Shown: positions 37,133 through 46,773 of the stretch, in pieces
How the letters are laid out: each line of letters begins with the position of its first letter
Numbering within the stretch: the first letter of the stretch is position 1
IMG/VR virus record: IMGVR_UViG_3300021963_000022
DNA from: a virus
Lineage: Duplodnaviria > Caudoviricetes
Direction: 5' to 3' (one strand)
DNA: 64,000 nucleotides
Notes under the pieces: generated by a model
Seen by the model: the letters and a program-made list of their open reading frames with translations, nothing else
The model's database searches: none
What the model was told of the DNA's origin: nothing
Translations under genes and position numbers: made by a program

Positions 37133-38032
37133 ATGAAACAATATTTAAATTTACTACAAGATATATTAGATAACGGTGAACAAAAGGGTGATAGAACCGG
37201 CATCGGCACTATTAGCGTCTTTGGTCGTTCATTACGTTTTGATTTACGTAAAGGTTTTCCTGCAGTCACTACTAAGAAATTAGCATGGAAAGCTTGTTGC
37301 GGAGAACTATTATGGTTTATTGAAGGCAGTGGAGATGAACGTAGGCTAGCGGAAATCACACACGGTGATAAAGAAGATACTGTTACTATCTGGACACCTA
37401 ACGCACTTGCACCCTATTGGAAAAACAAAGCAAAGTTCGAAGGCGATCTCGGCCGTATATACGGAGTACAATGGCGTCATTGGAACAAATATCGTACAGA
37501 AAAAGATATGGGACCTGCACATAAAGGTGGCACACGCCTTGCTGTAGATAAAATGGAAGTTGACCAACTAACAACTCTTATCGAAGGATTAAAGAATGAT
37601 CCTAACAGTCGCAGACATATTCTAAGTGCATGGAATGTAGGCGAATTAGATGAGATGGCTTTACCACCATGTCATGTTATGAGTCAATTCCACGTTAACA
37701 GTAGCGGTGAACTAAGCTGTCAAATGTATCAGAGAAGCGTAGATGTATTTTTAGGTCTACCCTTTAACATTGCTAGCTATGCATTGCTTACTCATATGAT
37801 TGCACAAGTATGTGGCTTAACAGTGGGTGACTTGATTATCACTATGGGTGATACTCATATCTATAACAATCACATTGAACAAGTTAAAGAACAATTATTG
37901 CGTAGACCGTTTGGTCACCCAGCATTGATCTTGAATCCGGAAGTAACTGACATTACTAAATTTACAATGAATGATATTCACTTAGAAGGATACGAAAGTC
38001 ATGGCCCTATCAAAGCAACAATGGCAGTCTGA
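37133..38032 (+). CDS. thyA: Thymidylate synthase
   Basis: DRTG.GT, ELLWF, MALPPCH (catalytic Cys) and YQRS.D.FLGLPFNIASY. Asn is retained, so it is dUMP-type. Confidence 0.96.
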   Translation: MKQYLNLLQDILDNGEQKGDRTGIGTISVFGRSLRFDLRKGFPAVTTKKLAWKACCGELLWFIEGSGDERRLAEITHGDKEDTVTIWTPNALAPYWKNKAKFEGDLGRIYGVQWRHWNKYRTEKDMGPAHKGGTRLAVDKMEVDQLTTLIEGLKNDPNSRRHILSAWNVGELDEMALPPCHVMSQFHVNSSGELSCQMYQRSVDVFLGLPFNIASYALLTHMIAQVCGLTVGDLIITMGDTHIYNNHIEQVKEQLLRRPFGHPALILNPEVTDITKFTMNDIHLEGYESHGPIKATMAV

Positions 38033-38330
38033 CGAATTTACTAGACCCAAGTATCAGCTACATTTATCTGATACAGGTGAAGAAACTGTGAGTATTGAAA
38101 CAGTAGTACATACCATTCGAATGGGTGACGTTGAAGATCCTGACTTGTTTGTAGCACAACCTATATATGACTGGCAACAAACAGAAGCCGGTAAATGGGT
38201 AATGAAAAACTCCAACCCTACACCAAGCTGGCATCGTCAAGTAGATTATACTACTTATGGACAACTATATCTGATTAAAGCATATCTAACACCTGACCAA
38301 TTAACTTATTGGAAATTAAAATATGAGTAA
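38001..38330 (+). CDS. Small hypothetical protein, possible distant F-x-L-x-W family member
   Basis: Ends AYLTPDQLTYWKLKYE. Confidence 0.65.
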   Translation: MALSKQQWQSDEFTRPKYQLHLSDTGEETVSIETVVHTIRMGDVEDPDLFVAQPIYDWQQTEAGKWVMKNSNPTPSWHRQVDYTTYGQLYLIKAYLTPDQLTYWKLKYE

Positions 38331-39285
38331 TATATTAGTAACAGGTGGTCTGGGACTCATAGGACATAATGTAGTTAAACGTTTACAAGACATGGGTCAT
38401 CAAGTATCTATTATGGATACTCAGACAAACTACGGTATTATCCCTCAGTCTGAAATTGATTACTTGATCGGGGAACGTATTGCAGAACTTGACTTGAGTG
38501 GATATTACAAGAGTAATATTTGTGATAGTGAAACAGTTGGTCAAGTTTTCAACATCAAAAAGCCAGAGATCGTAATTCATATGGCTAGTTTCCCAAGACA
38601 GAAAGTGGTTAATGCTAATCCTGCACTGGGTAGTAGAACAATGAGTGAAGGGTTACTCAACTTATTAGAAGCTAGTGCAAAATATGAAGTATGTAAATTT
38701 ATTTACATCAGTAGTTCAATGGTGTACGGTGACTTCAATAATAATGTTACAGAAGATTATAATTGTAAGCCACAGGGTCAATATGGTATTATGAAACTAG
38801 CAGGTGAGTGGTTAGTTAAAGATTACGCACGTAAAGGTAATATGGTTTACACAATTATTCGTCCTAGTGCCGTATACGGTCCGTTAGACGTAGAAGATAG
38901 GGTTGTTGCTAAGTTTATGCTTACAGCAATGCGAGGAGGAACGTTGAATGTTAATGGTGCGAGTGAGACATTAGACTTCACGTATGTTGATGATGCGGCA
39001 GACGGTATCGTTGCGGCAGCATTAAGTAAGAATACAAATAATAAGACTTATAATATAACAAAAAGTCATAGCTACAGTTTGCTAGATGCGGCAAATCTAG
39101 CAGTTAGTATTGCTGGGTCAGGGACGGTAAATGTCCGTGATAAAGACCCGGACTTCCCTAGTAGGGGAGCATTGAATATTGATGCCGCAAGAAAAGACTT
39201 TGGATTCGACCCCAAAGTTGACGTAGAAGAAGGTTTCCGTAATTATCACAAATGGTTATCTAATTCTACATATTTTAATAAATAA
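38323..39285 (+). CDS. NAD-dependent epimerase/dehydratase (extended SDR)
   Basis: VTGGLGLIG, SSSMVYG, YGIMK (YxxxK) and DFTYVDD motifs. Confidence 0.9.
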   Translation: MSNILVTGGLGLIGHNVVKRLQDMGHQVSIMDTQTNYGIIPQSEIDYLIGERIAELDLSGYYKSNICDSETVGQVFNIKKPEIVIHMASFPRQKVVNANPALGSRTMSEGLLNLLEASAKYEVCKFIYISSSMVYGDFNNNVTEDYNCKPQGQYGIMKLAGEWLVKDYARKGNMVYTIIRPSAVYGPLDVEDRVVAKFMLTAMRGGTLNVNGASETLDFTYVDDAADGIVAAALSKNTNNKTYNITKSHSYSLLDAANLAVSIAGSGTVNVRDKDPDFPSRGALNIDAARKDFGFDPKVDVEEGFRNYHKWLSNSTYFNK

Positions 39286-39289
39286 CATT

Positions 39290-39760
39290 ATGTGGATAAT
39301 ATCTATTTTACCCGAATGGGCTTTTCATCTAATTCTCACAGTGGGAATTATAGGCACGGTTGCTGGATTTGCTTTGGGCATGATTCCTGCAATCAAACAA
39401 TATAAAATACCAATTCAAGTCATTAGTTTACTTGTACTTTCTTTGGGATTATATCTAGAGGGCGGATTAGCTGACTATAAAGAATGGGAAGCTAGAGTCA
39501 AAGAGATGGAAGCCAAAGTAGCCGTAGCTGAAGAAAAAGCTAAAACTGTGAATGTGGAAGTACAAGAAAAGATTGTTACGCAGACTAAAGTTATTAGAGA
39601 AAAAGGTAAAGACATAATCAAGTACATTGATAAAGAAGTTGTAAAAACTGAAGAAGTTATCAAGTATGTTGAGAATTGTCCTGTACCTAAAGCAATCATT
39701 GATATACACAATGACGCCGCAATACTAAACAAAGCCGCTGAACCAAAGGACAAGAAATGA
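39290..39760 (+). CDS. Inner-membrane spanin-like (Rz-like) protein
   Basis: N-terminal TM segments, then coiled coil and a C-terminal Cys. Overlaps a lipoprotein gene. Confidence 0.6.
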   Translation: MWIISILPEWAFHLILTVGIIGTVAGFALGMIPAIKQYKIPIQVISLLVLSLGLYLEGGLADYKEWEARVKEMEAKVAVAEEKAKTVNVEVQEKIVTQTKVIREKGKDIIKYIDKEVVKTEEVIKYVENCPVPKAIIDIHNDAAILNKAAEPKDKK

Positions 39761-40023
39761 AAGCATTGATTATATCATTAGCAATTGTTCTTGCAGGATG
39801 CAGTACCACTGTACCTGTTGCTAGAAAGTTTCCTGAAGCACCTCAAGTTCTTAAAGAAAAGTGCGAAAGACTTAAACTCATAGAGGGTGACAAAGTAGCA
39901 ATTACAGAAATGTTAAAAGTTATCGTACACAACTATTCGTTATACCACGAATGTTCTACAAAAGTAGAAGGTTGGCAAGAGTGGTATGAAACACAAAAGA
40001 AAATCTTCAACGAAGTCAAATGA
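39757..40023 (+). CDS. Outer-membrane lipoprotein, o-spanin-like (Rz1-like)
   Basis: Signal peptide with lipobox LAGC, Pro-rich segment and further Cys. Confidence 0.65.
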   Translation: MKALIISLAIVLAGCSTTVPVARKFPEAPQVLKEKCERLKLIEGDKVAITEMLKVIVHNYSLYHECSTKVEGWQEWYETQKKIFNEVK

Positions 40024-40277
40024 AATATACCATACTACTCGTATCTTTAATGATTTCGGGATGTGCTAGTAAGGATTATTCTGTGTATGTAGAAGCACAG
40101 AAAGCTATATCCAGAGACATTACTGTCACCGAAACTACTCGTATGCTAGCCATATCGGAGATGTTAAAAAGTCCCGATCCTAGTGTTAGACAGAACGGGA
40201 CTTTATTACTACAACAGTTACAGCAATCTAGACAACCTGTTGTAATTGAATTACCTAAGAATATATTTGGATTTTAA
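40020..40277 (+). CDS. Second small lipoprotein
   Basis: Signal peptide with lipobox ISGC. Confidence 0.65.
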   Translation: MKYTILLVSLMISGCASKDYSVYVEAQKAISRDITVTETTRMLAISEMLKSPDPSVRQNGTLLLQQLQQSRQPVVIELPKNIFGF

Positions 40278-40714
40278 TTACACCAAGAAGTCTTAGCTTC
40301 TCCGTAGTACTCACGTGCAAAACCCTGCTGGATAAGCATTCCTCTAAGACTTTTGCCGTCTAAAATAACATCACCCAAAACACGTCCGCCGTACTTATCC
40401 CAGTCTATTAGTATAATTTGCTTCTTTTGTGCATTAGCAATTTGTTGTTTTGTGAATGCACTAGCAGCCTCTCCGCGCTGTGCTTCACTTGGACATTGTG
40501 CTCTATGACCCTTCTCAGGAGTATCAACACCAAATACACGAATACTTAGTTCGGGTTTTAACGGCGCCGGCAAGAACGGTGCTTGAAATGCAATTGTGTC
40601 TCCATCGATAACTCTAGTAATCAATGCATCATATGTCACCCCTGCTTTTTGTTTTTGAGCAAACGCAGTAGTTGTCAAAGTGGATAATAGTAGTATAGAT
40701 ATAAGTTTTTTCAT
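40274..40714 (-). CDS. Thermonuclease (SNase-like) with signal peptide
   Basis: RVIDGDT, RVFGVDTPE and DKYGGRVL motifs. N-terminal MKKL...TAFA signal. Confidence 0.88.
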   Translation of the reverse strand: MKKLISILLLSTLTTTAFAQKQKAGVTYDALITRVIDGDTIAFQAPFLPAPLKPELSIRVFGVDTPEKGHRAQCPSEAQRGEAASAFTKQQIANAQKKQIILIDWDKYGGRVLGDVILDGKSLRGMLIQQGFAREYYGEAKTSWCN

Positions 40715-40765
40715 AGTGAAGTATTTATTAATTTGTCATAAATACTCTATAAGTGGAATAGAAAC

Positions 40766-41563
40766 ATGACCCAAGAAATCATTGACATAGGCGAATTAGC
40801 TAATGACGGTACAGGTGACCCGTTACGTGTTGCCTTCGACAAAATCAATAACAACTTTACTCAATTATATAATACTGCTTCAGTAGATGGACCCAACGGT
40901 TCAGTACAATTTGCATTAGCAAATACAGTAGGAAATGTCACTACCTATTCTTTATCATCAAGTGCTAATTTGGTATTTAATTCTAGTACTAATCGACTTG
41001 ATATTAAAGGAACAATTGTTCCTTTAGTCCCAAACAATTTAAATATTGGTTCTACTGCTAATACAGTAGGCAACTTATACCTGAGTAATACAGGGTTAAA
41101 GTTAGGAAATGTATCATTTTCTGAATCTGCCAATACAGTAAGAATATTCAACACAAATGCTAATATTGATGCTAATATACAAGTTAATACAATAACCGCA
41201 TCTACTGTAGATGTAGCACAGATTGTTATTGCTAACACGCAATTTGATGGTAGTATTGCGACCAGTGAAGGGTCAGATCCCAATCAAGTGATATATCAGC
41301 TCCCTGAAACAAGTATACTTTCTGGTAAATTTGATATTAAATCAGTATCAGATACTTCTGCTAATAATCAATCAGTAACAATAACGATTAATAAATCTAC
41401 TTCGGGTGGAAGTGTTAAATATGTTGTATATGGAACAACATTTAACGGTGACCCTGTAACTAGATATGATGTAGATGTGGCATTCGGTAATGTTCGTATC
41501 AAAGTTAACCCATTGGTTAATGATCTTATTACGCATACTATATCTTATCAAGTAACAAACTAA
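40766..41563 (+). CDS. Baseplate/tail protein with T4 gp9/gp10-like N-terminus
   Basis: IDIGELANDGTGDPLRVAFDKINNNF resembles the gp10 N-terminal motif. Confidence 0.7.
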   Translation: MTQEIIDIGELANDGTGDPLRVAFDKINNNFTQLYNTASVDGPNGSVQFALANTVGNVTTYSLSSSANLVFNSSTNRLDIKGTIVPLVPNNLNIGSTANTVGNLYLSNTGLKLGNVSFSESANTVRIFNTNANIDANIQVNTITASTVDVAQIVIANTQFDGSIATSEGSDPNQVIYQLPETSILSGKFDIKSVSDTSANNQSVTITINKSTSGGSVKYVVYGTTFNGDPVTRYDVDVAFGNVRIKVNPLVNDLITHTISYQVTN

Positions 41564-41564
41564 C

Positions 41565-41948
41565 ATGAGAGCTAAAGAATTTATTAACGAGGGTCGTACT
41601 GGCTCTATACAGGATGATGTAGCTAGAGCACTGCCCTCCACATATGCCATTCCTGAGTTAAAAGGTCAAGATCCATATATTCAATATAGATTTGGTGTAG
41701 CAATTGCAGGCGCTAAAGGTTCTAAGAAACGTGCGGAAGACGGTGTACCTAATTTTAGCAAAGAAAGTGCTTGGGGACAAAATCAAATTGTTGTAAGTTT
41801 TGACCCTTCTATTGATGAATGGTTGACCGATGCATTAAAAATCATGGGCATCAAAGGTAAGAAAAGATTAAGTACCATACACAGCGAAGAAGCTGATGAT
41901 GTGTCTACAAAAAGCCCTGTACAGGGGTTTAAAGGGTTTAAAAAATGA
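41565..41948 (+). CDS. Putative internal head protein, paralog 1
   Basis: Starts MRAKEFINE and ends SPVQGFKGFKK. Confidence 0.55.
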   Translation: MRAKEFINEGRTGSIQDDVARALPSTYAIPELKGQDPYIQYRFGVAIAGAKGSKKRAEDGVPNFSKESAWGQNQIVVSFDPSIDEWLTDALKIMGIKGKKRLSTIHSEEADDVSTKSPVQGFKGFKK

Positions 41949-42313
41949 GGGCTTCCGAATTTATATTCGAAAATAGTAAGGGTAAAATATCTAAACGTCA
42001 ACAAGAGTCTTCACGTGGACTAAACATATTTGCCGATAATCAATTTGATAGAACATATGATTTGAATCGTGTAATGATGGCAGTTGCCTGTAGTGATGGC
42101 ATCAATCCTATTGATATGAACTCTGAAAGCTGGTTTGGTAAAAATAATACAGCACATCCTTATACCAAAGAAGAACAAGATATGCTAAAATTAGCATACA
42201 AAGCTGCCGGTATAACTTATAAAGATTTAAATAAGGCTGATCTAAGAAGTAAAGAACTAGACAGTACATACAAAACAAGCCCAATAATTGGGTTTAAAGG
42301 CTTTAAAAAATAA
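41945..42313 (+). CDS. Putative internal head protein, paralog 2
   Basis: Starts MRASEFIFE and ends SPIIGFKGFKK. Confidence 0.55.
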   Translation: MRASEFIFENSKGKISKRQQESSRGLNIFADNQFDRTYDLNRVMMAVACSDGINPIDMNSESWFGKNNTAHPYTKEEQDMLKLAYKAAGITYKDLNKADLRSKELDSTYKTSPIIGFKGFKK

Positions 42314-42364
42314 TTCTATCATCAATATCTTGTATAAGTAGATTTATAACTTTTCAGGATATGC

Positions 42365-43057
42365 ATGATCGATATTAACAACACCCTAGACCTCGTCAAA
42401 CTTAAATTCTATAATGAATGGCTATATACAGCACACATTTATGATGAGGGTGAATCTACGTTCCATAAACAACTAACAACTAAAGTTGTAATCGATTATA
42501 TAGATCCAATTAAATTAAAAAAAGATGCACTTATTTTAGACTTAGGTTGTGGTCCGGGTTATTTCTTAGATGAAATGAAAGAAAGAGGGTACACTAACTT
42601 AGTCGGTGTAACTCTTAGTCCAAATGACATTGACCTATGTAAGAGTAAAGGGCATAAAGTTAAAGAATACGATTTAAGCTTCTTACCACAGAAAGAAGGG
42701 TATTATGACGAATCGGTTGATTTTATCTTTTTGCGACATGCATTAGAACATAGTCCATATCCTATCTTTAGTTTAATGGAATATAATCGTATATTAAAAC
42801 AAGGTAGTAAGATTTATATTGAAGTGCCCGCCCCTGATCAGGAACGTAAGCATGAATATAACTTAAATCATTATAGTATTTTAGGTACTGCACAGCTAGC
42901 GGCATTACTTGAAAGAACTGGATTTACTATTGATACGTTTAATACAATGGATTTTACGTTAAATGTTGGTAAAAACGATGAAGATAAAGATATTGAAATT
43001 TCAGAAAGATATTTCTGTATTGTAGCTACAAAGCAACGTCCGCTGGATATTAAGTAA
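42365..43057 (+). CDS. Class I SAM-dependent methyltransferase
   Basis: ILDLGCGPG (motif I), RHALEH and LKQG..IYIEVP. Confidence 0.88.
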   Translation: MIDINNTLDLVKLKFYNEWLYTAHIYDEGESTFHKQLTTKVVIDYIDPIKLKKDALILDLGCGPGYFLDEMKERGYTNLVGVTLSPNDIDLCKSKGHKVKEYDLSFLPQKEGYYDESVDFIFLRHALEHSPYPIFSLMEYNRILKQGSKIYIEVPAPDQERKHEYNLNHYSILGTAQLAALLERTGFTIDTFNTMDFTLNVGKNDEDKDIEISERYFCIVATKQRPLDIK

Positions 43058-43075
43058 AATTCTACTAAATATATC

Positions 43076-43354
43076 ATGACCTTTGATATATGGAAACAAT
43101 CTAAAATACAAAATGGTCTTGAAAATATCAAGACCGTTTCCTTACCCGCTGTTGCCTCTGACAATATTGATGAGATGAAACGTTTAGCAGGGATACCCTC
43201 TACTCAATCCGATGTAGGAATGAACATGAGTGTAACTGGCACCCAAAAGGGCGAATTAATGAAGAAGAATAACATTCAGCCGGGAACACCTGAATGGTTC
43301 AAGTTATGGTTTAGTTTACCATATATGACTGGCGAAAAGCCTATAGGAAAATAA
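43076..43354 (+). CDS. Hypothetical late protein
   Basis: 92 aa with a DEMKRLAGI motif. TAAATA at 43066-43071. Confidence 0.7.
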   Translation: MTFDIWKQSKIQNGLENIKTVSLPAVASDNIDEMKRLAGIPSTQSDVGMNMSVTGTQKGELMKKNNIQPGTPEWFKLWFSLPYMTGEKPIGK

Positions 43355-43355
43355 C

Positions 43356-43784
43356 ATGGCCACTATAAACATAACGGTACAGAGTTTGCTCAATGCCGCA
43401 CAATATGATAGTTATGCAGTAGATAATGCAGGAACTATCGGTGAACTTAAAAATTCTATTGATGCTACTACAGGTTGCTTAATAGGTTGGTTTGATTTAG
43501 TATTCAATAATGAAGTATTAGATACCGCACAAACAATCAGTTCTTACGGTATAGTAGAAGGTTCAAGATTAAGAACTCATAATAAAATTTCACGATTATC
43601 TACACTACAAGATAGACAAGTTGCAAAACTTAGTTTGGCACAATTAGAAAGACTAGACCTTTCAAATACTAGACCATACTATAATATAGATGAACTGCCT
43701 ACCAAATATAGTGGTAACAGTGTTGTAGATAATTCTCATCCTACTGGATTGATTGAAGGTCGTCCGTGGAATAGCACTCCATAG
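43356..43784 (+). CDS. Ubiquitin-like (beta-grasp) N-terminal domain fused to a ~65-aa C-terminal domain
   Basis: aa 22-72 align without gaps to ubiquitin 17-67 with 15 identities counted by hand. No C-terminal Gly-Gly. Confidence 0.7.
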   Translation: MATINITVQSLLNAAQYDSYAVDNAGTIGELKNSIDATTGCLIGWFDLVFNNEVLDTAQTISSYGIVEGSRLRTHNKISRLSTLQDRQVAKLSLAQLERLDLSNTRPYYNIDELPTKYSGNSVVDNSHPTGLIEGRPWNSTP

Positions 43785-43824
43785 TAAATTCTATATCGTA
43801 ACCAAAATTTTATAAATACGCAAT

Positions 43825-45372
43825 ATGAGCGGAACCCCTACCTTAATCAAAACACCTTATACAAAGACAAAGTTTAATTCTGATAAAGAGCTAGAAGATT
43901 TTGTTAAATGTTGTGATCCTGAAATGGGTTATCTATACTTTATGGATAACTTTTTTTACATACAACATCCTACAAAAGGTTCTATGCTGTATCACCCCTG
44001 GGATTATCAAAAACGGTTAATACATACATATCATACCTATCGCTATTCAATTAGCTTGATGCCACGACAAACAGGTAAGTCAACATCAGCCGCAGGGTAT
44101 CTACTTTGGTATGCTATGTTTGTACCGGATAGTACTATTCTTATTGCGGCACACAAATACACAGGTGCACAAGAGATTATGCAACGTATTCGTTATGCGT
44201 ATGAGAACTGTCCCGATCACATTAAAGCAGGTGTAACAACATACAACAAAGGCTCACTAGACTTTGAGAACGGATCACGTATTGTTAGTGCTACAACTAC
44301 AGAAAATACAGGTCGCGGTATGTCTATTACACTATTATACTTGGATGAGTTTGCGTTTGTTCGACCTACAATTGCTACAGAATTCTGGACATCTATTACT
44401 CCTACATTAGCAACAGGTGGTAAAGCGATTATCACTAGTACTCCTAATAGTGATGAGGATCAATTTGCTTTGATTTGGAAGGGTGCTAATAAAACAGAAG
44501 ATGAGTTTGGTGATACCACCGAGCTCGGTGTTAACGGTTTTAAATCATACAGAGCATTCTGGCAAGAGCATCCTGATCGTAATCAAGAATGGGCTGACCA
44601 GATGAAGGCCCAGTTAGGTGAAGACAGATTTAGACGAGAGATTGGTTGCGAGTTCATTATTGCAGATGAGACATTAATTGCCCCTACTAGGTTAATTGAT
44701 TTAGATGGTATCGAACCTGTATTCCGTCAGGGACAGATACGTTGGTATAAGAAACCTGAAAAGGGGAATATCTATATAGTTGCACTAGATCCTGCTGTCG
44801 GTACAGGTGGTGACAATGCCGCAATACAGATTTATGAAGCAAATACTACGACACAAATCGGTGAATGGAAACATAATAGAACAGATATACCGTCACAAAT
44901 TAAACTGATAGCACAGATTAACAAATACATTGTTGAATGTACTACTCAACCAGACAATTTATACTATAGTGTAGAAGTCAACGGAGTAGGCGAGGCCGCC
45001 CTAGTATCATTGAACGAATATGGTCTAGCTAACATACCTGGATCTTTCTTAAGCGAGCCGGGCAAAAAGAAACGAGGGTTCAATACAACTAATAAGAGTA
45101 AACTAGCAGCCTGTTCTAAGTTTAAAACATTAGTTGAGAGTAATAAGTTGACTATTAACAGTCGTAGTTTGGTAACAGAACTTAAAAGTTTTGTAGCCTC
45201 AGGTGGTAGTTATGCCGCAAAAATAGGTGAATCAGACGATTTGGTAACGTCTTCATTGTTAGTTGTGCGTATGTTACAGAACTTAAGTGAATATAACTAT
45301 GATTTAGATAACTATATTCGTGACCATGATGAAGTAATTATGCCCTTACCTTTCTATGCCATAATGGGATAA
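43825..45372 (+). CDS. terL: Terminase large subunit (T4 gp17-like)
   Basis: PRQTGKS (Walker A), LYLDEFAF (Walker B), ITSTPN, F.REIGCEF, ALDPA and DD.V nuclease motifs. Confidence 0.95.
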   Translation: MSGTPTLIKTPYTKTKFNSDKELEDFVKCCDPEMGYLYFMDNFFYIQHPTKGSMLYHPWDYQKRLIHTYHTYRYSISLMPRQTGKSTSAAGYLLWYAMFVPDSTILIAAHKYTGAQEIMQRIRYAYENCPDHIKAGVTTYNKGSLDFENGSRIVSATTTENTGRGMSITLLYLDEFAFVRPTIATEFWTSITPTLATGGKAIITSTPNSDEDQFALIWKGANKTEDEFGDTTELGVNGFKSYRAFWQEHPDRNQEWADQMKAQLGEDRFRREIGCEFIIADETLIAPTRLIDLDGIEPVFRQGQIRWYKKPEKGNIYIVALDPAVGTGGDNAAIQIYEANTTTQIGEWKHNRTDIPSQIKLIAQINKYIVECTTQPDNLYYSVEVNGVGEAALVSLNEYGLANIPGSFLSEPGKKKRGFNTTNKSKLAACSKFKTLVESNKLTINSRSLVTELKSFVASGGSYAAKIGESDDLVTSSLLVVRMLQNLSEYNYDLDNYIRDHDEVIMPLPFYAIMG

Positions 45373-45389
45373 TCTTTGATAAATACAAT

Positions 45390-46772
45390 ATGCCTAAAAA
45401 CGCCGACTCATTAAATTCAGAATTATTCGATTTTCTACAAAGCCGTGGGTTTAAACCTACGCTACTAGACACCTCAGGTAAAGAAATTCCTGTACCAGAA
45501 GAAGCAGAAGTCTTTCAATTTGACTTTGAAATTGATGGGGAAAACTACGGAACTGCCACTATCAGTATTGATGGACTGCATAAATTAGTAGTATACTTTG
45601 GTGAGGGAATCGCAAACAGCCCCAAAACTAGTAAGGATGATAGCGAATCATGGTATAGTTTATTGAGACAGTTTAAGTATTTTTCTCAAAAGCATCAACT
45701 AAGCTTTGAGACCAAGAACATTGATAGATTGAAGCACGATATGGCTAAAAGAGAACACACTAAACAGTTAGATGAGGGTTATTACCCAATGGGTAATAAA
45801 GCTAGTTACAGCGACAATATCCCTACAACTAAGATGATTATTAAACATAAAAGAAAGATGGAAGAGGGTGAACAACGTTTCCGTCAAATCGATAGAATAT
45901 TCATTGAAAATGCAATTGGTGAACGTGTATTAGCTCCTAGTAATAAGCCTGGATTAGCTAGGACATTTGCAAGACATATCGCTGAAGGTGGTAGACCATA
46001 TGATGAAAGATGGAATCACCTTATGGAATTATGTGAAGAATATGATAAGATGGCAGGATTTGTTCGTGCCACTCGCAACAACCAATTTAATGAAGCCGCA
46101 CAACCTTTAGTCTCGGAGGGTGTCAATCATTATATGAAATTACGTGAGACATTACACAAGATGTCAGGACGTAAAGGATATTCTAACTACTTTGAATCTT
46201 GGACTCCTGCAGTAATGGAACAAGACCAAGAAGACGGACTAGACGAAATGTTTATGAATTCAAGTCTTGATCCTAGAATTGAATGTGCAATGCCTATATT
46301 GAATAGATTAAAGAAAAATCTTAGCTCTCCACCTATGTTGCCACAAGTACAAGAATTAGAAGAATGGGCTGATAGTGTAATCGATATGGATAAAGATGCT
46401 ATGCCTATGGACATGAAACCGGCCGAGCTCGGTGAAGAAGAAAAGATTGCAGGGCGACATGATCCAGCAGACTTTGACGATATGGTAAAACGTGTTGGTG
46501 TTAAAGCTAAAAAGAAGCCAGTTGATATGACTGACCTAGCACGTAGACTACATGCGGCAATGGCTAAAGACAAGAAAAAAGAAGAAAAAACTGATGAAAG
46601 TTTGGCAGGAGCAACAATGGGTGGCATTGCTGGAGCAGTATTAACTAAATCACCTTCTGGAGCAATGACCGGAGCTAGCATGGGAAGTGATATTGAAGAC
46701 GTTATCAAAAATGAAAGCCTAGAATTAATTGCTGACCCGCTATTAAGATTTAAGAAATTGTCAGGACTATAA
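45390..46772 (+). CDS. Putative prohead core/scaffold-like protein
   Basis: Follows terL. Acidic, with many L/I-x-E sites, ELEEWADSVI and a C-terminal KKLSGL. Confidence 0.5.
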   Translation: MPKNADSLNSELFDFLQSRGFKPTLLDTSGKEIPVPEEAEVFQFDFEIDGENYGTATISIDGLHKLVVYFGEGIANSPKTSKDDSESWYSLLRQFKYFSQKHQLSFETKNIDRLKHDMAKREHTKQLDEGYYPMGNKASYSDNIPTTKMIIKHKRKMEEGEQRFRQIDRIFIENAIGERVLAPSNKPGLARTFARHIAEGGRPYDERWNHLMELCEEYDKMAGFVRATRNNQFNEAAQPLVSEGVNHYMKLRETLHKMSGRKGYSNYFESWTPAVMEQDQEDGLDEMFMNSSLDPRIECAMPILNRLKKNLSSPPMLPQVQELEEWADSVIDMDKDAMPMDMKPAELGEEEKIAGRHDPADFDDMVKRVGVKAKKKPVDMTDLARRLHAAMAKDKKKEEKTDESLAGATMGGIAGAVLTKSPSGAMTGASMGSDIEDVIKNESLELIADPLLRFKKLSGL

Positions 46773-46773
46773 A

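Noticed and set aside
37133-38032. dCMP hydroxymethylase or other modified-base synthase
   Set aside because: It retains the Asn of canonical dUMP-specific ThyA and the other standard motifs.
43356-43784. A complete phage ubiquitin-conjugation system
   Set aside because: The UBL has no C-terminal Gly-Gly and no E1, E2 or JAB/DUB gene was recognised nearby. Only the domain itself is claimed.
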